From positions 124,498,001 through 124,562,000 of the forward strand of contig NC_058368.1 in the NCBI RefSeq assembly GCF_018350175.1: a DNA stretch of 64,000 nt, given 5' to 3'. The notes below the pieces were generated by a model that worked only from the letters and a program-made list of their open reading frames with translations, did not search any database and had not been told where the DNA came from. Made by a program: the position numbers and the translations under genes. The stretch comes from Felis catus (lineage: Eukaryota). This document shows positions 61,251-64,000 of the stretch, in pieces (position 1 is the first letter of the stretch; every line of letters starts with the position of its first letter).

Positions 61251-61418
61251 TGGAGAATCCTGAGTTAGAGATCAGCTTTAGGAAGAGCATTAAAGGTTGT
61301 GGAATGGGCAAAGATGGGTGCAAGAGGCACATGACTGAACGTAGTGGGTGTCCAGTGCTGGACACTTTGAAAAGGATGTGGATGAGGTTGTGGAGAACTC
61401 TGAAAGCCAGAAAAGAAT

Positions 61419-61458
61419 GGAAGGAAGGAAGGAAGGAAGGAAGGAAGGAAGGAAGGAA

Positions 61459-61489
<31 letters not shown>

Positions 61490-61513
61490 AAAGAAAGAAA
61501 GAAAGAAAGAAAG
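61419..61513. repeat. Compound (GGAA)n(GCAA)n(GAAA)n microsatellite
   Basis: Directly visible. Confidence 0.93.
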
Positions 61514-61930
61514 ACGGGAGGAAGGTAAGATTTTCTAAAGTAAGAGAGAAACATTAAATGTTTTTGATGAGAAGCATCATGTATGTCACAACCTGTGTTT
61601 CAGAAAGATAACTAGTGACTATGTGAGGAGTTTGGGTCTCTTTGAAAGCAAAAATTTTGGGCAGAATCTGTGACTTTTCTGTATAATTTCAAGATACACT
61701 TAACTGAGAGAGAAATTAAGTGAAAGGATACAAAATAAACAGAAATAATTTTTTAAACTCCAATATTACAATCTAACAATATAATGTTATTGATTTATTC
61801 TTAAATTTTTTTTTAATTTTAGTAATATGTATATAATTTTTATTAAAATTTTAGAAAATACAGAAAAGGAGAGAAAAAAACTCAATCACTCATATTCCCA
61901 TTACCTCCACACAACCACTAGTAATTTTTT

Positions 61931-62033
61931 TAATCTTATTTATTTATTTTTAGTAATCTTTATACCTGTGGGTTTCAAACTCACCCAGAGATCAAGAGTC
62001 ACATGCTCTTCCAACTGAGCCAGCCAGGGACCT
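61931..62033 (-). mobile_element. Short tRNA-Lys-like carnivore SINE
   Basis: 'tcaaactcacccagagatcaagagtcacatgctcttccaactgagccagccagg'; TSD caacca(c/a)tagtaattttttt on both sides. Confidence 0.85.
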
Positions 62034-62444
62034 CAACCAATAGTAATTTTTTAGTGTATTGTCTCTATTGTCTCTTCATCTTTTTTATAGACAAGAATAT
62101 TTCACTTGTGACCACACTATAGATAAAAAATTTTTCCTATCTTATTTTATACAAAATATTTTCCTAAGTTACTATATGCTTTTGCTAAACACAACAATCA
62201 CCAAATGCAAATGCTACAGCAGTTGTTGTTTGCCTACCTAATCAGCCTATTCCAGATTTTCCCTGCTGGCTGAAGCCAATGATTTTTGGTCCACACCTCC
62301 TTTATTTGGCTTAAGTAAATCTTCACTAATATAAAGCAGTCAAAGTAGTTCTCTCTTGCCAGTAACTGATTTAATGGCTTTCTTTCAGAAAATGCCAAAG
62401 TTTTTTACTTTGACAGTCAAAGTTTTCTGTTACTCTAACAGAAA

Positions 62445-63017
62445 TGAGCAATGTGAACAATGCCCCCCAAAGCTATCACATCCTAATGGTTGGACCTATA
62501 AATGTCACCTTATTTGGGAGATGGGTCTTTCCAGATGTGATTAAGTTAAGGGTCTTGCTGGATTAGCTGGGTGGCCCTAACTGCCATCATCAGTGTCATC
62601 ACAAGAGAGAAGCTTCCACAATACACATACTAAAAATGGAATACTATAGAGAAAACTGCATGGTCCTGCACAAGAATGACACACAAATTCATGAAGAGCT
62701 CCACATTTAAAAGAGGGAGAGAGGCAAAAGGAGACTTCACATGGGCACACAAAGGAGGTGATACAAAAATGGAGCAGAGAGGTTTGAAGACTGGACTGAG
62801 GTGGCCACATGACAAGAAACACTAGCAGCACCCTGAAGATGGAAGAAGCAAGGAGTGCATTCTCCCTTAGAACATCCAGAGGGAGCACAACCCTATCAAC
62901 ACCTTAATTTCAGCCCAGTGATACTGATTTTAGACTCCAGAACTGTGACCGAAGAAATTTTGATTGTTTTATATCACCGAGTTTGATGTCACATAGGAGC
63001 TGTAGACAGCTAATACA
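62445..63017 (+). mobile_element. MLT1C/D-like MaLR solo LTR containing a U6 retrocopy
   Basis: 'tgtcaccttatttggg..gggtctttccagatgtgattaagttaagg..ttctcccttagaacatccagagggagcacaaccct..cagcccagtgatactgattttagactccagaactgtga..ctaataca'. Confidence 0.85.
62612..62708 (+). pseudogene. RNU6: U6 snRNA processed pseudogene
   Basis: gcttccacaatacacatactaaaaatggaatactatagagaaaactgcatggtcctgcacaagaatgacacacaaattcatgaagagctccacattt aligns colinearly with U6 from about nt 7 to the 3' end, with many substitutions including CpG decay. Confidence 0.92.
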
Positions 63018-63019
63018 TT

Positions 63020-63695
63020 GACCTAGTCCAAATCCTTCTTGAAACGTTCTGTCTCAGTTCTGGTCAATAAGACATAGTCTATGAAACAGAAGGCTCTTCT
63101 TGGAAAGATTTTATTGCTCTTAGAAAAAGAAATGTGGGAGGTGGGAGGTGGGCAGGAGTCTAATTTTTCTGCTGAATGTTGTTGCATCTACCTGTAACAT
63201 TAAAACCATGGCAGCCATCTTGTAACTATGAGGCAGGTCAGCCTGAGAACAAGCCAATGAGCTAAAGGTGGGAGAGCAGAAAGACTGAAGAAAACTTGGA
63301 CCTTTGATGACATCATCAAACTGCTTTAATTAACCAGCCCTGGGACTTTCCTATTAGATTTCTTCTTATGCAAGAGGATCTTTTTTAATTTTTTGTTGAT
63401 GTTTATTTTTGAAAGAGAGACAGAGCATGAGTGGGGGAGGGGCAGAGAGAAGGAGGCACAGAATTGGAAGCAGGCTCCAGGCTCCAGGCTCCAGGCTCCG
63501 AGATGTCATCAGAGAGTCCGATGAGGGGGCTCAAACTCACCAATAGTGAGATCATGACCTGAGCTGTAGTCAGATGCTCAACCGACTGAACCACCCAGGC
63601 GCCCCACGAGATGATCTTCGAAAGTGAGATTAATGTGATTTTCAGGCTACCTTTAGTTAGGTTTTTCCTTATTTTCAGCTGAAAGCAACATACCA
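63020..63695 (+). mobile_element. Old MLT1(J/K-like) LTR interrupted by a CanSINE
   Basis: 'ctcagttctggtcaataaga..atggcagccatcttgtaactatgagg..agcagaaagactgaagaaaacttggacctttgatgacatc..ttcttatg' resumes after the SINE as 'tagttaggtttttcc..cagctgaaagca'. Confidence 0.65.
63382..63605 (-). mobile_element. CanSINE (SINEC_Fc-type)
   Basis: Antisense SINE with an internal (caggctc)n amplification. Confidence 0.94.
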
Positions 63696-63704
63696 GATAG
63701 ATTA

Positions 63705-63901
63705 CACCATAATTATGGTGGGCCTGCAAACAACTGCCTGACTTTGTAAATAAAGTTTTATTGGATCACAGTCTAATCCATAGACCACTGTTGTCTTTTG
63801 CACTACAATAATAAAGTTGAGTAGTTGTGATGGAGCTCGAATGGCCCACAAGCCTAAAATTACACTACCAGGCCCTGTCACAAAAAGTTTGCAAACTTTT
63901 G
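63705..63901. mobile_element. MER58A-like hAT element
   Basis: 'tttgtaaataaagttttattgga..gttgagtagttgtga..atggcccacaagcctaaaat..ggccctgtcacaaaaagtttgc'. Confidence 0.8.
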
Positions 63902-64000
63902 CTATTCTGGAACACACCCATTCCTTTATTGTTACATATTGTTTTTCTAGTTTCTCTGAAAATTGTCTTCTCTATGTAAATTTTTAAAACCTATCACTTG

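Noticed and set aside
60995..61554. 177-aa plus and 149-aa minus ORFs
   Set aside because: They run through a MER5A element and a stop-free tetranucleotide repeat.
1..64000. CRISPR arrays, operons, prokaryotic defence or phage systems
   Set aside because: The sequence is mammalian; recurring repeats are dispersed SINEs and STRs, not regularly spaced repeat-spacer units.

Overview
Eukaryotic, repeat-rich, AT-rich mammalian DNA, almost certainly felid (cat-like): it carries about 20 tRNA-derived CanSINEs, many of the feline SINEC_Fc type, plus carnivore L1 elements. I recognise no protein-coding host gene, rRNA, true tRNA, CRISPR array or CpG island. The ORFs with recognisable products are decayed L1 ORF2 or Tigger1 transposase fragments; the other long ORFs are repeat or low-complexity artefacts. 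The window looks like a large intron or gene desert. Main contents: a 5.1 kb L1 retaining both ends (9835-14950), a 5'-truncated L1 carrying two SINEs (46356-49665), a full-length Tigger1 interrupted by an L1 tail and four SINEs (34182-37846), MaLR solo LTRs, MER DNA transposons, MIR/L2/CR1 relics, microsatellites and a U6 snRNA retrocopy. Most interesting observations: (1) the 5.1 kb L1 joins a 160-nt 5'UTR stub directly into ORF1 at CAG|G with the start codon missing, consistent with a spliced retrotransposed L1 (SpIRE); (2) a snap-back templated inverted insertion in its endonuclease region; (3) well-formed minus-strand splice signals at 57-59 kb suggesting an unannotated non-coding transcript; (4) one target site reused by two SINEs inside Tigger1. 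I see no evidence of a wholly new biological system. Repeat family names come from recalled consensus sequences, not a database search, and boundaries of old repeats are approximate.
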